Source: Candidatus Enterousia sp. (GTDB lineage: Bacteria > Pseudomonadota > Alphaproteobacteria > Rs-D84). From it: a stretch of DNA of 64,000 nucleotides. How positions within the stretch are numbered: the first letter of the stretch is position 1; every line of letters begins with the position of its first letter. Positions 50,006 to 61,173 of this stretch are shown here, one piece after another. The position numbers and the translations under genes were made by a program. The stretch is taken from assembly GCA_045645645.1 (NCBI GenBank), contig JAZRJE010000020.1, forward strand, positions 69,132 to 133,131, given 5' to 3'. The notes under the pieces are model-generated. The model was given only the letters and a program-made list of their open reading frames with translations. It was not told the origin of the DNA and did no database searches.

Positions 50006-53000
50006 ATGTTAAAGAAATTACTTGCTTTTATTTGCGGTGTGGTGCCTTTTGGTGCCAGGGCTGCCGATGTGATTGAACCAATTCCAGTAACAATAATTAC
50101 ATCGCCGTATAGTGGTACGTTGAATGTGACGCCAGATAAAATTTATGCGGTAGAGTCTGGAAATGGTCTGGTTATCACAGGAACACTAACAAATGGGGTG
50201 GCGCTTGATATTTCTGGAGATGCCGAAACACCAGGTGATTTTCGTGTTTTTGAAGATATACTAGATCAAAATACTGGTGGTGTTCTGTATATTGGTAATG
50301 GTGATGAGATTGCCGATACTTTTTCATTGCAGGTTGATGGTAATATTAATGTCTCAAACAGTTTGACTGTAAATGCTGGTCGAACTTTTTCTGTTTCTGG
50401 GTATACAACATCAAAGACGTTTGACGCAAAGTTTGGTAATATTACAGCAGATGGAGCGTTGAAGCTTTCAGATATTAATGCGTTAACTGTAACAGAAAGT
50501 ATTATTTCTGCCAATGGACTGACGATAGATGCGGGGACTGTTGATGTAGGCTTGATTAATATCAATAGTGGTGGGGCAACATTGGATGTTGCTGGAATGA
50601 TGACTGTTGGGCAATTTTTGAATAACGGGTCGGGAAATGTGGATATTACAGCTGGATCAATTGATGCAACGGATATTCAGAATAATCAGAAATTTTCTGA
50701 AGGTAATGGTCAGATGACTATTACTGTTAATGGTGCATCGTTGAAAACAACTGGGAATATAGAAAATCATGGGGAATCGTTGCAGGTGTTTGCATCTGGT
50801 GCGGATGTACAAATTGGTGGCGCTTTGGTTAACACCGCAGGTGAATTGACTTTGAATGCCAAAAGCTTAAAAATTACAGGTATTAATGCGACAAATCCGT
50901 CAATTGTCAATAGCGGAAAGTTAACATTGAATGTAGAAGGTGAAACGAATCTGGCATATGGATTTGATTTGAATATGTTGGATAATGATTTTAAAAATGA
51001 TTTTAGCTTAACAACGGGCAGTCTTGTTATTGGTTCTAATGCCAATATGTCACAATTGTTTTCAAATGATTTGAATAACTATAGTATTGTTGTTGAAGAT
51101 GCTGTCTTTGATACTAAAAGTGATGTTATTAATGGTGTTAATAATCAAAAAGCCACTATGTATTTGGCTGCTCAAAGTTTGACTGTTCAAGATGTTCAAA
51201 ACAAAAACGGGACGGTGAAATTAGTCGCCAGCGTTGGCGATTTGAAAGCCGATTCTGTACAAGATAATCAAGAGGCAGTGTTAACAAGTTTGACTGCAGA
51301 AGGGACAGTAACTGTGTCAGGGGCTGTTACTGCAGCTGGTAATATTTATATTGCTGGGCAGGGGATTAATTTAGGAAGTGTTCTTGCCAGTAAAGGTGTG
51401 TTGAATGTTGTGGCACAGGACAGTGTAGATGGTTTTGTGCAGATTGCTGGTGGTGTGGAAAATAATGGTGGTAATATTTTGGTTTCTGGACGTCAAATGA
51501 CGGTGCAGGGAACAGTAAAGAATACTTCTGGGGATTTGGCATTGAATGCGTCAGATTTGAATGGAGGTTTGATTTCTTTGGGGGGGATTAGTGTTTCTGA
51601 TGGAAGTGTGTTTTTAGATGCAAAACAGGGCATTAATGTTGCGCAAACTGATGCTGGCAGCCAAGGAAGCTTGGGGACAGGTACCGTAGTTGTAAATGAT
51701 GGTGCTTTAAATATTGGCAGTCAGACCAGTTCATTGAATGTATATGGTACTGGTCGTGATGGGGAAACAACAGTTAGTATCGCAGGTGACGTAACAGTTG
51801 GTGCAATAGAAGCAGATGATAATGGTGATGTTAATTTTGCATTAGATGGGCAAAATTTCTTGTTGCAGGGTAGTGAAACAATCAGTGTAAAAGGGGATAT
51901 ATCTGCGACAGATACGACAAAAGTAGATGGGCAAAGTGTAGCGCGTGGAATTACGTTTGCTGCGAAAAATTTTGATTTTGGAAGTATTGATGCAAATGAT
52001 GTCGTGGTTGGTGGAAATATAACGGCATCTGGTGAAAAAAATAGCTTGGTTTTTCAAGGAATAGGGATCACAGGCAATGTTATAAATACTGCAAATTTAA
52101 CAACTGCAGGAACAGTGTCTGTTTCAGACGGTGCTGAAATTGAAGTTCATACTATGAATATGACAACAGGGGCACTGAATGAAAACGGTGGGGCGATTAC
52201 ATTGTATGGTGATGCTTCGTCAGACAAAATGAGTTTGGTAACAAAAACGGGTGGAATATCTATTAATAATGGAATTTTATTTAATTCTTCTAGTGCAACG
52301 GTTGGTTTGAATCTGTTGCAGACAAGTGATGTTTTGTTGGATTCTAAAGAGACTATCTTGGTAAAAGGCGGAATTTCTATGTCACCAACAGTTCGCCTGA
52401 CCATGGAATCTGAGCAAGATATTAATCTGTATGGGGATGTTGTTCCGAATGGTGTTTTGGATTTGAATGCAATTAATAATGTTATGCTTCAAAATGATTT
52501 GAACGTTGGTGGTGCTTTTAGTGTCTCTGGTAAAAGTATAGCATTGGCTGATTTAACTAATAATGGCTTTGTTGATATCGATGGCAACAGTATTTTGTTG
52601 GGAAATGTTACGCAAAATTTATCGACTAATCCGTTACCAGATGGATTGGATTATTCTATGAATTTAGATGCTGGTAATAATCTTTTTGCTCAGGCAGTTA
52701 CTGTATATGGTGGTACGGTTAATATTACGGCACAAAAATTCAGTACAACGGGTGATTTGACAGTAAAAGATGGGATTATTAATTTGGATGTAGGTAATGT
52801 TTCAGAAACAGAAGCAGATATTTTTATTGGCGGTGATGTCGTGGTTTCTGGGGATTTGAATCAGGGAACTGCTGGAACAGGAATGTTGAATTTATTGAAA
52901 GATGATATAACTTTTAAGGCAGATTCTTTAGATGTGAATGGTTTTATCGCGGATTCAGGAAATTTGGATTATGAAATTACAGGTGACGTTAGTGTTAGTG

Positions 53001-55339
53001 ATGGTTTTAATGTAGCAGACGGTGCTGTTGTAAATATGAATTCTGGTGATTTCGAGGTTGGTGGAAGCTTAGTTAATTCTGGATCATTTGATTTGGTAGC
53101 AGCAAATGTTGATTTGGGCAGTGTTGATAATTTTGGTCATATGGATTTAAGTACCCAAGGGGGAATTAAGCTGGGCGCGACGGTGAATACGGGTAATATG
53201 ACACTGGATACGTCAGCTGATGCGTTTGTTAATATGCAGTCTTTGTCTATGGATACAGGTGTTTTGAATATTGGTGGTGCAGGCTGGATTTTGAATAGTG
53301 ATTTAATTTCAGATGCTGTGTTGTATCAGAATACTGATGTGCAGACAGGATTTGGTATTTTTATTGATTCTGATGATTTTATCTTAAATGCCAAGAATTT
53401 TAAAACAGCGGGAATTCAGCAAGATTCTGGGGCAATGAAGATAGTAACGGGTGAGGTGGTTGTGACAGGTGATGTCGATGTTAGTGATTTAACAATTGCT
53501 GGTGATTTGGTGACGGATTGGTTGTCTGTGGATGTTCTGGGAAGTGTTTCTGGCGGGACAAAAATTTTGGGATTAGAGCAGATGACAATTGGTGGAAACT
53601 ATATGTTTGATAAAAACAGTCAGTTGCTGGCAACTATATTAGCACCCGATGCGACGAAACGAAATTATTGGTCTTCTGTTAGCTTAAATGATGATGATAC
53701 TTTGGGAAAAATTACCAATGCGACTGGTGGTCAGGCCTTGGTTCAAGTTGGTGGAACATTTACATCTGGGATGCGTTATGATCCAAATTTTGAATTAAAT
53801 AGTAATGAGGTTTCATTATCGGATTCTCAGATTGGTATCATGTTAAATAGTGCTGTAGATCAAGGAACTGCGATTTGGTTGTTGAAAGCAGACGGAGATG
53901 AGGGACTTAAGGAATTTAGCAATTTAGAAAAAATCCGTAATTTGAATGTATTGTTTTGTAATGCAGATGGTACAAGATGTGTTAGTTATTTAGATTCCTT
54001 GGAAGATGGTGGGGCATATATATCTGTGCGTGATACCGATGATGACGGTGTGTCAGATAGTTTGTATGTTGTTTTTGATCCACGGTTTGGTGGGCCTGTT
54101 TTGATTGAAAAGACAAAATTGCAACCTATTGTAGAACGTCAATTGGATCATACTGTTGGTGAATATGTTGCTGCAGGTGCGCTGGATAATATGATTGCAG
54201 GGCAATTATTAAATACTGGGTACTTTAATCGTACACCAATAGAATTGATTCCTTATATTTTTGAGGGCACAAATGTAGAACGCTTGATGGTAGAGTTATA
54301 TAATCGTATGGAATATTTTGTTGAAACTGCAGATGGGACGTCTTTGGCGCGATTTAGTCGTCTGGTTCAACCCCGAGAAGTAGAACAGATGGTTGGTGCA
54401 ATCGTACTGAACGAACATACTTCTTATCGTAGTTTCGAAGATCGCATGTTTGATGAATTTATTTGGAACCGTAATCGTAATCTGAAGAAAGTGTGGGCTG
54501 ATTTTGATTTTGGAATGTTTAGTCAAAATGTTACAGATGATAAACGCGTTTATGGAAACAGATTTAGTTTGTCTGCGGGCTTTGATTGGCAGGCGTCAGA
54601 AGGTCTTATTATGGGATTGACAGGGCGTATTTCGCATATGTCTTCTGATAATTCAGATTTTATTGATTTGAGTTATTTGCCAGAACAAACAGTCAGTGGC
54701 AGTGTTTTTGTTGATGTTGCGGATACAAATATTGGTGTAGGGGCATATTTAATGAAAACATTAGGAGAAAAGTTCCGACTGTATGGAAATGCTTTTCTGG
54801 ATATGCATGTTTTGGACGTGACGCGAAATCAGACGTTTGTTGATACAATTGAAGGTTGGGGAACAGCGTTTGCTTTGGGGACAGAATGGGGATTGATGCA
54901 TGATTGGTTGAATCAATATATTGTTGGAAATTTGTATGCGCGTGCTGGGTATAATACTGGTTTTGATTTGACACAGGAAGCTGGCTCAAAGGATTATATG
55001 GATATGGAGTATGATGGGTATTTAACTCTGACACCTGGATATTCTTTGATTGCACAAAAACGGATTTATCCATCTGCATGGTTCCAGATACGTCCATATG
55101 CAACAATTGGGGTTGAATATGACGTTTTGGGGGCGACAGATAACGTGAGATATAAATTTGCATCCGCTTATGCCTTTAGTAAGTATGATGTTGATTTAAA
55201 GCCGTTATGGGCGAACATTGGCGGTGGGGTTGAATTGCTGTCTGCTAATGGCCTTCAATTCGGTCTAGATTATAGATATCAGTACAATAATGTTATGCAG
55301 TTGCATAATATTCGAGTTTCTGGTTCGTATCGGTTTTAA
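50006..55339 (+). CDS. large autotransporter-like surface protein (adhesin)
   Basis: Signal peptide, ~1450-aa G/V/N/T-rich beta-helix-like passenger, C-terminal barrel ending VSGSYRF. Confidence 0.82.
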   Translation: MLKKLLAFICGVVPFGARAADVIEPIPVTIITSPYSGTLNVTPDKIYAVESGNGLVITGTLTNGVALDISGDAETPGDFRVFEDILDQNTGGVLYIGNGDEIADTFSLQVDGNINVSNSLTVNAGRTFSVSGYTTSKTFDAKFGNITADGALKLSDINALTVTESIISANGLTIDAGTVDVGLININSGGATLDVAGMMTVGQFLNNGSGNVDITAGSIDATDIQNNQKFSEGNGQMTITVNGASLKTTGNIENHGESLQVFASGADVQIGGALVNTAGELTLNAKSLKITGINATNPSIVNSGKLTLNVEGETNLAYGFDLNMLDNDFKNDFSLTTGSLVIGSNANMSQLFSNDLNNYSIVVEDAVFDTKSDVINGVNNQKATMYLAAQSLTVQDVQNKNGTVKLVASVGDLKADSVQDNQEAVLTSLTAEGTVTVSGAVTAAGNIYIAGQGINLGSVLASKGVLNVVAQDSVDGFVQIAGGVENNGGNILVSGRQMTVQGTVKNTSGDLALNASDLNGGLISLGGISVSDGSVFLDAKQGINVAQTDAGSQGSLGTGTVVVNDGALNIGSQTSSLNVYGTGRDGETTVSIAGDVTVGAIEADDNGDVNFALDGQNFLLQGSETISVKGDISATDTTKVDGQSVARGITFAAKNFDFGSIDANDVVVGGNITASGEKNSLVFQGIGITGNVINTANLTTAGTVSVSDGAEIEVHTMNMTTGALNENGGAITLYGDASSDKMSLVTKTGGISINNGILFNSSSATVGLNLLQTSDVLLDSKETILVKGGISMSPTVRLTMESEQDINLYGDVVPNGVLDLNAINNVMLQNDLNVGGAFSVSGKSIALADLTNNGFVDIDGNSILLGNVTQNLSTNPLPDGLDYSMNLDAGNNLFAQAVTVYGGTVNITAQKFSTTGDLTVKDGIINLDVGNVSETEADIFIGGDVVVSGDLNQGTAGTGMLNLLKDDITFKADSLDVNGFIADSGNLDYEITGDVSVSDGFNVADGAVVNMNSGDFEVGGSLVNSGSFDLVAANVDLGSVDNFGHMDLSTQGGIKLGATVNTGNMTLDTSADAFVNMQSLSMDTGVLNIGGAGWILNSDLISDAVLYQNTDVQTGFGIFIDSDDFILNAKNFKTAGIQQDSGAMKIVTGEVVVTGDVDVSDLTIAGDLVTDWLSVDVLGSVSGGTKILGLEQMTIGGNYMFDKNSQLLATILAPDATKRNYWSSVSLNDDDTLGKITNATGGQALVQVGGTFTSGMRYDPNFELNSNEVSLSDSQIGIMLNSAVDQGTAIWLLKADGDEGLKEFSNLEKIRNLNVLFCNADGTRCVSYLDSLEDGGAYISVRDTDDDGVSDSLYVVFDPRFGGPVLIEKTKLQPIVERQLDHTVGEYVAAGALDNMIAGQLLNTGYFNRTPIELIPYIFEGTNVERLMVELYNRMEYFVETADGTSLARFSRLVQPREVEQMVGAIVLNEHTSYRSFEDRMFDEFIWNRNRNLKKVWADFDFGMFSQNVTDDKRVYGNRFSLSAGFDWQASEGLIMGLTGRISHMSSDNSDFIDLSYLPEQTVSGSVFVDVADTNIGVGAYLMKTLGEKFRLYGNAFLDMHVLDVTRNQTFVDTIEGWGTAFALGTEWGLMHDWLNQYIVGNLYARAGYNTGFDLTQEAGSKDYMDMEYDGYLTLTPGYSLIAQKRIYPSAWFQIRPYATIGVEYDVLGATDNVRYKFASAYAFSKYDVDLKPLWANIGGGVELLSANGLQFGLDYRYQYNNVMQLHNIRVSGSYRF

Positions 55340-55362
55340 AAATCCCCCAACGGGGGATTTTT
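55338..55362. terminator. bidirectional terminator
   Basis: AAAAATCCCCC-AAC-GGGGGATTTTT. Confidence 0.8.
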
Positions 55363-56083
55363 AATAAATTTTTGAATCATGTAAGTGTTTTATAATGGAT
55401 TCTTGTGTGCGTAATTGGCATTTTGCCATATATTCTGTGTATGCGCGACGATTTCCGTTCGCACGATCGTTGATTGCTTTGATGTATAGTTTTTTGTCTT
55501 CGCGTTTGTTAAATGCGATTGGTCTGTATCCATTTTGTAATAGTACCCAATTCATAATTAGGCGTGCTGTGCGTTTATTAAAATCTGCAAATGGTTGCAG
55601 CATTACTATCTCGTAGTGAACGTCATATGCACGTGTGAATACATCATGCTTTGAATGATTTAAATTATATATAATTTGACGCAAATTATATTCAATAAAA
55701 TAACTGTCTGGTGCATGGTATGGTATCCCGTTAACTTTCATTTGCAGTTTTGCCGCTGTTGTGCGAAACTTCGAACCTTCCATGTGTGTATTTTGACAAA
55801 GTATTTTGTGGATAGATTGAATTTCTTCTATTGTTATTTCCTTGTGAACATTTTCCATAATATAGTCATATGCAATGGCAATGTTTGCCATGTTCGTATC
55901 ATCAAGACTTTTTTCAGAATCAGGATTTAATGTTCTTGGTTCTTCGACGGCAATTTGACGGCGTAACCAATACAAATTGTTGGTGCGCTTGGTAGAAGAA
56001 AAACTGGTAAACGCTTCATCTAGTTCTGTGCGTTTTTGTTTAATCTGCTGTTTTATTGTTTGTTTTGGTTTGTGTGGTGACAT
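55361..56083 (-). CDS. Fic/Doc family protein, non-canonical motif
   Basis: IQSIHKIL, KFR, HYEIVMLQPFADFNKRTARLIMN. Confidence 0.85.
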   Translation of the reverse strand: MSPHKPKQTIKQQIKQKRTELDEAFTSFSSTKRTNNLYWLRRQIAVEEPRTLNPDSEKSLDDTNMANIAIAYDYIMENVHKEITIEEIQSIHKILCQNTHMEGSKFRTTAAKLQMKVNGIPYHAPDSYFIEYNLRQIIYNLNHSKHDVFTRAYDVHYEIVMLQPFADFNKRTARLIMNWVLLQNGYRPIAFNKREDKKLYIKAINDRANGNRRAYTEYMAKCQLRTQESIIKHLHDSKIY

Positions 56084-56230
56084 TTTGTGTCTCCTTAGTA
56101 TAATTTTATATAAATATAGCCCTTAAAAATAATTTGTCAATATTTTTTGGGGTTTTTTTATAAAATCGGGTTGAATGGGAAAAAAAATTGTTTTATGCTG
56201 AGTCTCAGAAATAAAGAAAGGATTTGTCTG

Positions 56231-57619
56231 ATGTTGAAAAAACTGCTGATTTTGTTCATGGTAATTACGCCTTTTTTGGCGGATGCGACACCAAAAAACA
56301 AAAAGAAGGAAGAACCCGTCGTTCATCTTACTGATGAACAGATTTATCAAGAATTGAAAAAACTAGCTATGGTCTTTGAAGTGGCTCGTGAAAACTTTGT
56401 TGAAGAAGCAGATGAAAAAAAGATGTTGGAAGCTGCTATGAATGGCATGCTGGGGGCACTGGATCCACATTCTTCGTATTTGTCGGCAGATGATTTCAAA
56501 GAATTTAATGATAAATCACATGGTGAATTTGGTGGTTTGGGAATTCAAATCACCAGTGATCGGGGCGCTGTACGGGTTATTTCACCAATTGATGATACGC
56601 CAGCGGATAAAGCTGGAATTAAGGCAGGGGACTATATAACGCATATAGATGGCGAACAGGTGTTTGATTTAACCTTGAATCAGGCGGTAAAAAAGATGAA
56701 AGGTCGTCCTGGGACCAAAGTTAAGTTGACAATTATTTCTGATGGAGAAGAAAAGACCCTGACGCTGAAACGTGCCATTATTAAGGTGGAATCTGTTAAA
56801 CATGATGTAAAAACAATGGCAGAAGCGGATTCAGAAGATGAAGATACACCAAAGGTTGGTTATATCAGAATTTCTGATTTTGGGGCAACAACTGCACGTG
56901 ATCTGAAGAAAGCGTTGGCAGAGTTGGAAAAGAAGGATGTTGTTGGCTATGTTTTAGACGTTCGTAATAATCCAGGTGGGTATTTAACGGCGGCTATTGA
57001 TGTGTCAGATGCGTTCTTGGATAGTGGAGAAATTGTTTCAACGCGCGGCAAGTCGAAATTGGATATTGAGCGTACGTTTGCTAAACCTGGGGATTTGGCA
57101 AATGGAAAACCTGTTGTTGTTCTGATTAATCATGGCTCGGCGTCGGCGTCTGAAATTGTTGCTGGGGCATTACAGGATAATGGGCGTGGTCTGGTTATGG
57201 GGTCACAATCATTTGGTAAAGGTAGTGTTCAACAGCAAAAGCCATTGGGTGATGGTACGGCAATTCATATAACTATTGCGCGTTATTATACACCATCGGG
57301 ACGCTCTATTCAGAACGAAGGTATTACCCCAGATGTAGAGGTTTTACATAGTAAGGTTGAGGTTTTGGAAAAAAGAGAAAGTAAATATTCAGAGGCTTCC
57401 TTTAAAAACTCATTAAAGAATGACCAAGCTAAGAAAAAAGACAAAAAGAAGGTCTCAGAGAATGATAGTGATAATTCCGATAAAGAACTGACAGATGAAG
57501 AGAAAGATGCACAGGATTATCAGTTGCAGCGTGGTATGGATATGGTTATTGCAATGTCCAAAATACAAAAGCGTTCAGGTGTTGCACCAACAGATGTAAC
57601 TGCAGAAGTTAAAAAATAG
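56231..57619 (+). CDS. ctpA: S41 carboxyl-terminal processing protease
   Basis: LDPHS, PDZ GGLGI, DVRNNPGG, SASASE, FGKGSVQ. Confidence 0.93.
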   Translation: MLKKLLILFMVITPFLADATPKNKKKEEPVVHLTDEQIYQELKKLAMVFEVARENFVEEADEKKMLEAAMNGMLGALDPHSSYLSADDFKEFNDKSHGEFGGLGIQITSDRGAVRVISPIDDTPADKAGIKAGDYITHIDGEQVFDLTLNQAVKKMKGRPGTKVKLTIISDGEEKTLTLKRAIIKVESVKHDVKTMAEADSEDEDTPKVGYIRISDFGATTARDLKKALAELEKKDVVGYVLDVRNNPGGYLTAAIDVSDAFLDSGEIVSTRGKSKLDIERTFAKPGDLANGKPVVVLINHGSASASEIVAGALQDNGRGLVMGSQSFGKGSVQQQKPLGDGTAIHITIARYYTPSGRSIQNEGITPDVEVLHSKVEVLEKRESKYSEASFKNSLKNDQAKKKDKKKVSENDSDNSDKELTDEEKDAQDYQLQRGMDMVIAMSKIQKRSGVAPTDVTAEVKK

Positions 57620-57635
57620 TTCGGGAGAAGAAAAT

Positions 57636-60600
57636 ATGTCTAAATTGATTGTTGATGGGAACTGGGCGGCGGCTGATGTCGCATACAGATGTGTGGATTT
57701 TGCAGCAATTTATCCAATTACCCCCAGTAGTACTATGGGGGAGTTAGCTGATGAATGGTCGTTCCAGCACAAGAAGAATATCTGGGGGGCAATCCCACAG
57801 ATAATTGAAATGCAATCCGAAGCAGGGGCCGCTGGTGCAATGCATGGTGCGTTACAAATGGGTAGCTTGGCGACAACATTTACGGCATCCCAAGGGTTGC
57901 TGTTGATGATTCCAAATATGTATAAAATTGCTGGTGAACAGACACCGTTTGTTATGCATGTGGCGGCACGTGCGCTGGCGACACATGCGTTGTCAATTTT
58001 TGGTGATCACAGTGATGTTATGTCGGTGCGTTCAACGGGTTTTGCAATGCTGTCGTCGCATAATGTTCAGCAAGCGCATGATATGGCGGCGATTGCACAT
58101 GCGTCAACATTGCGCTCTCGTGTACCATTTTTACATTTCTTTGATGGTTTCAGAACCAGTCATGAAGAATCACGATTGACGCGTATCGAAGACGATGTGT
58201 TAAAAGAATTAATCCCAGATGCCTTGGTCTTGGAAAATCGTGCGCGTGGTATGAGCCCAGATAAACCAACAATTCGTGGTACGGCCCAGAATCCAGATGT
58301 GTATTTCCAGGGACGAGAGGCAGTAAACCCATTGTATGATAATACGCCTGAGGTGGTTCAAACTGTTATGGATAAATTCGGTGAATTGACTGGACGTAAA
58401 TATAATTTAGTTGAATATGTTGGTGATGAAAAAGCACAACATGTAATTGTTGCAATGGGCAGTGCGTGTGAAACAATTGAGGAAACATTAGCGCATTTGC
58501 CAGCTGGGGTTGGATTGATTAAGGTGCGTTTGTATCGGCCATTCCCAGTAGATGCATTCAAAAATGTTTTGCCAAAAACTGTTAAGAACATAGCTGTCCT
58601 GGATAGAACTAAAGAACCAGGAAGTATCGGAGAACCGTTATATTTGGATGTTAAATCGGTGGTTGGTGATACGGCAAATGTTTTTGGTGGACGGTATGGT
58701 TTAGGATCTAAGGAATTTAAACCACGTGATGTTAAGGCAATTTATGAATACATGATGCGTGGTGAATTGAAGCATAATTTTACCGTTGGAATTGATGATG
58801 ATTTGACTGGATTGTCGCTGAAAACAGATGCGGCTTTTTCAGTTGAAGATCCGAATTTTAAAACAGCTATCTTGTACGGTATTGGCAGTGACGGTACTGT
58901 TGGTGCAGTTAAGAATATTGTGAAAATTGTTGGTGAAAATTCTGATTTATATCCGCAATCTTATGCGGTCTATGATTCAAAGAAATCTGGTGGTTTGACT
59001 GCGTCTCATATTCGTTTTTCAGATGCGCCGATTAAAAGTCAATATTTGGTAGAGGTTGCAGATTTTATCAGTGTTTCAAACTTTATGATTGCTCAGCGTT
59101 TCGACGTGTTTCGTGGTTTGCGTGCTGGTGGAACTGTTATGATTAACACGTCAATGGCGCCAGATGTGGCATTTGCGAACTTGCCACGTGATACCCAGGA
59201 ACATCTGATGCGGATTCGTGCGCGTGTGTTCTTTTTAGATGCCAATACCGCTGCTTCAGAGTTGGGATTGGGAAATCGTATTAATACGTTTATAATGCTG
59301 AACTTCTTTAATTTGACAAATGTTATTGACCCAACAGTCGCTGCGCAAAGTGCAAAGGTCGCAATAGAAAAAACCTATAAGAAAAAAGGTATGGAAATTG
59401 TTCAAGCAAACTGGGCGGCGGTGGATAAGGCTTCCGAATATTTACACGAATATAATTTGCCGTCATCAATTTCTAATTTTGCACCTGATTTTGTGCCAGC
59501 GATGACATTGGATACGCCAGCAGAAATCGCAGGTACACTGGGAGAAATGGCGGCGCAGCGTGGTGATATGATACCAGTATCTCGTTTTCGTGTTGATGGA
59601 CAGTTTGGTGCTGGGCAATATCCTGTTGGTACTTCTAAATATGAAAAACGTGCGGTTTCATCGCGTGTGGCTACGGTTGATCTGGAAAAGTGTATTCAGT
59701 GTGGCAAGTGTTCTATGTTGTGTCCGCATGCGGCAATTCGTATAAAGGTTATGACAGAACAGCAGGCAGAGCAAGCTAGAAAAGATGGAATTATTGTTGT
59801 GCCGATGAAGACGCCCGAACTGGGGGCAAATATGTATTATACACTGAATATTTCGCCAGCAGATTGCACAGGCTGTAATGTTTGTGTTAAAAATTGTCCT
59901 GTTAAAGCATTGACGCTGGTTGATGCTGCAGATGTTATGGAAAAAAATCAGATTGCATTTAATGCAGCTGAAAAATTGCCAGACATTGAACGGAACAAGT
60001 TAAATTTAAATATTCCAAAACATGTTGAATTATTGCCTCATTATTTCGAATTCCCTGGTGCTTGTGCAGGATGTGGCGAAACACCATATGTGAAAATGTT
60101 GGCTCATTTGTTTGGTGACAGAATGGTTGTTGCAAATGCAACGGGGTGTTCTTCTATTTATGGTGCGAATTTGCCAACAACACCATGGACAAAAGATAGT
60201 GCAGGGCGTGGACCTGCATGGTCTAATTCGTTGTTTGAGGATAATGCAGAATATGGTTTGGGAATGCGTTTGGCGTTAAATCAAAAACGAGAAAATTTAA
60301 AGTCTTTGTTGTTTGAAGTTGGAATCAAAGATGTTGAAAATTTATTTGATGAAACCGATTCGCAAAAACAGCGTGAGATAGAGGCGGATTTACGTGTTCA
60401 ACTGTCTAAAATAGACGGAGAGCGTGCTCGTCTGGCAGAAAGCTTGGTTGGCGAAATTGTTGATAAATCCGTTTGGATTATTGGCGGTGATGGTTGGGCG
60501 TATGATATTGGATATGGTGGTGTTGATCATATTTTACATAGTGGAGAAAATGTAAATATTTTGGTCTTGGATACCGAAGGATATTCAAATACAGGTGGTC

Positions 60601-61145
60601 AGCAATCTAAATCGACTCCTTTTGGAGCGAGTATGAAGTTCGCAATCGGTGGAAAAGAGCATGCAAAGAAAGATTTGGGAATGATTGCCATGATGAGTGG
60701 TGCATATGTCGCACAAATCGCAATGGGGGCAAATCAAGCCCAGGCAATACGCGCATTTCGTGAGGCCGAGTCCTTTAATGGTCCATCAATTATCTTGGCG
60801 TATGCACCGTGTATAGCGCATGGGTTCGCGTTGCAAAATGGATCAGAACATCAGATGCAAATGGTTCAAACGGGCGCATGGCCATTGTTCAGATTTGATC
60901 CGCGGTTGATTGCTGATGGACATAATCCGTTAACAATGGATTCTTCGGTGGATAATCCAATGCCGTTGGAAGAGTTTTTGAAAACGGAATCTCGTTTTGC
61001 GGCAGCTCGGGCAGCGAATCCACAATTTAATAAGTTGGTGGATATGGCAAAGGCAAATAATGCATACAAAAGTGAACTGAAAAAGCACTTGGCACATTTT
61101 GCAATGAAGAATAATCCAGAAGTTAAAGAAAACGGAGAGGGGTAA
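57636..61145 (+). CDS. nifJ: pyruvate:ferredoxin/flavodoxin oxidoreductase
   Basis: YPITP, two CxxCxxCxxxCP clusters, ACAGCGE, GGDGWAYDIG. Confidence 0.96.
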   Translation: MSKLIVDGNWAAADVAYRCVDFAAIYPITPSSTMGELADEWSFQHKKNIWGAIPQIIEMQSEAGAAGAMHGALQMGSLATTFTASQGLLLMIPNMYKIAGEQTPFVMHVAARALATHALSIFGDHSDVMSVRSTGFAMLSSHNVQQAHDMAAIAHASTLRSRVPFLHFFDGFRTSHEESRLTRIEDDVLKELIPDALVLENRARGMSPDKPTIRGTAQNPDVYFQGREAVNPLYDNTPEVVQTVMDKFGELTGRKYNLVEYVGDEKAQHVIVAMGSACETIEETLAHLPAGVGLIKVRLYRPFPVDAFKNVLPKTVKNIAVLDRTKEPGSIGEPLYLDVKSVVGDTANVFGGRYGLGSKEFKPRDVKAIYEYMMRGELKHNFTVGIDDDLTGLSLKTDAAFSVEDPNFKTAILYGIGSDGTVGAVKNIVKIVGENSDLYPQSYAVYDSKKSGGLTASHIRFSDAPIKSQYLVEVADFISVSNFMIAQRFDVFRGLRAGGTVMINTSMAPDVAFANLPRDTQEHLMRIRARVFFLDANTAASELGLGNRINTFIMLNFFNLTNVIDPTVAAQSAKVAIEKTYKKKGMEIVQANWAAVDKASEYLHEYNLPSSISNFAPDFVPAMTLDTPAEIAGTLGEMAAQRGDMIPVSRFRVDGQFGAGQYPVGTSKYEKRAVSSRVATVDLEKCIQCGKCSMLCPHAAIRIKVMTEQQAEQARKDGIIVVPMKTPELGANMYYTLNISPADCTGCNVCVKNCPVKALTLVDAADVMEKNQIAFNAAEKLPDIERNKLNLNIPKHVELLPHYFEFPGACAGCGETPYVKMLAHLFGDRMVVANATGCSSIYGANLPTTPWTKDSAGRGPAWSNSLFEDNAEYGLGMRLALNQKRENLKSLLFEVGIKDVENLFDETDSQKQREIEADLRVQLSKIDGERARLAESLVGEIVDKSVWIIGGDGWAYDIGYGGVDHILHSGENVNILVLDTEGYSNTGGQQSKSTPFGASMKFAIGGKEHAKKDLGMIAMMSGAYVAQIAMGANQAQAIRAFREAESFNGPSIILAYAPCIAHGFALQNGSEHQMQMVQTGAWPLFRFDPRLIADGHNPLTMDSSVDNPMPLEEFLKTESRFAAARAANPQFNKLVDMAKANNAYKSELKKHLAHFAMKNNPEVKENGEG

Positions 61146-61146
61146 T

Positions 61147-61173
61147 AAAAAAACTGGCAATTTGCCAGTTTTT
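61147..61173. terminator. bidirectional terminator
   Basis: AAAAACTGGCA-ATT-TGCCAGTTTTT. Confidence 0.8.
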
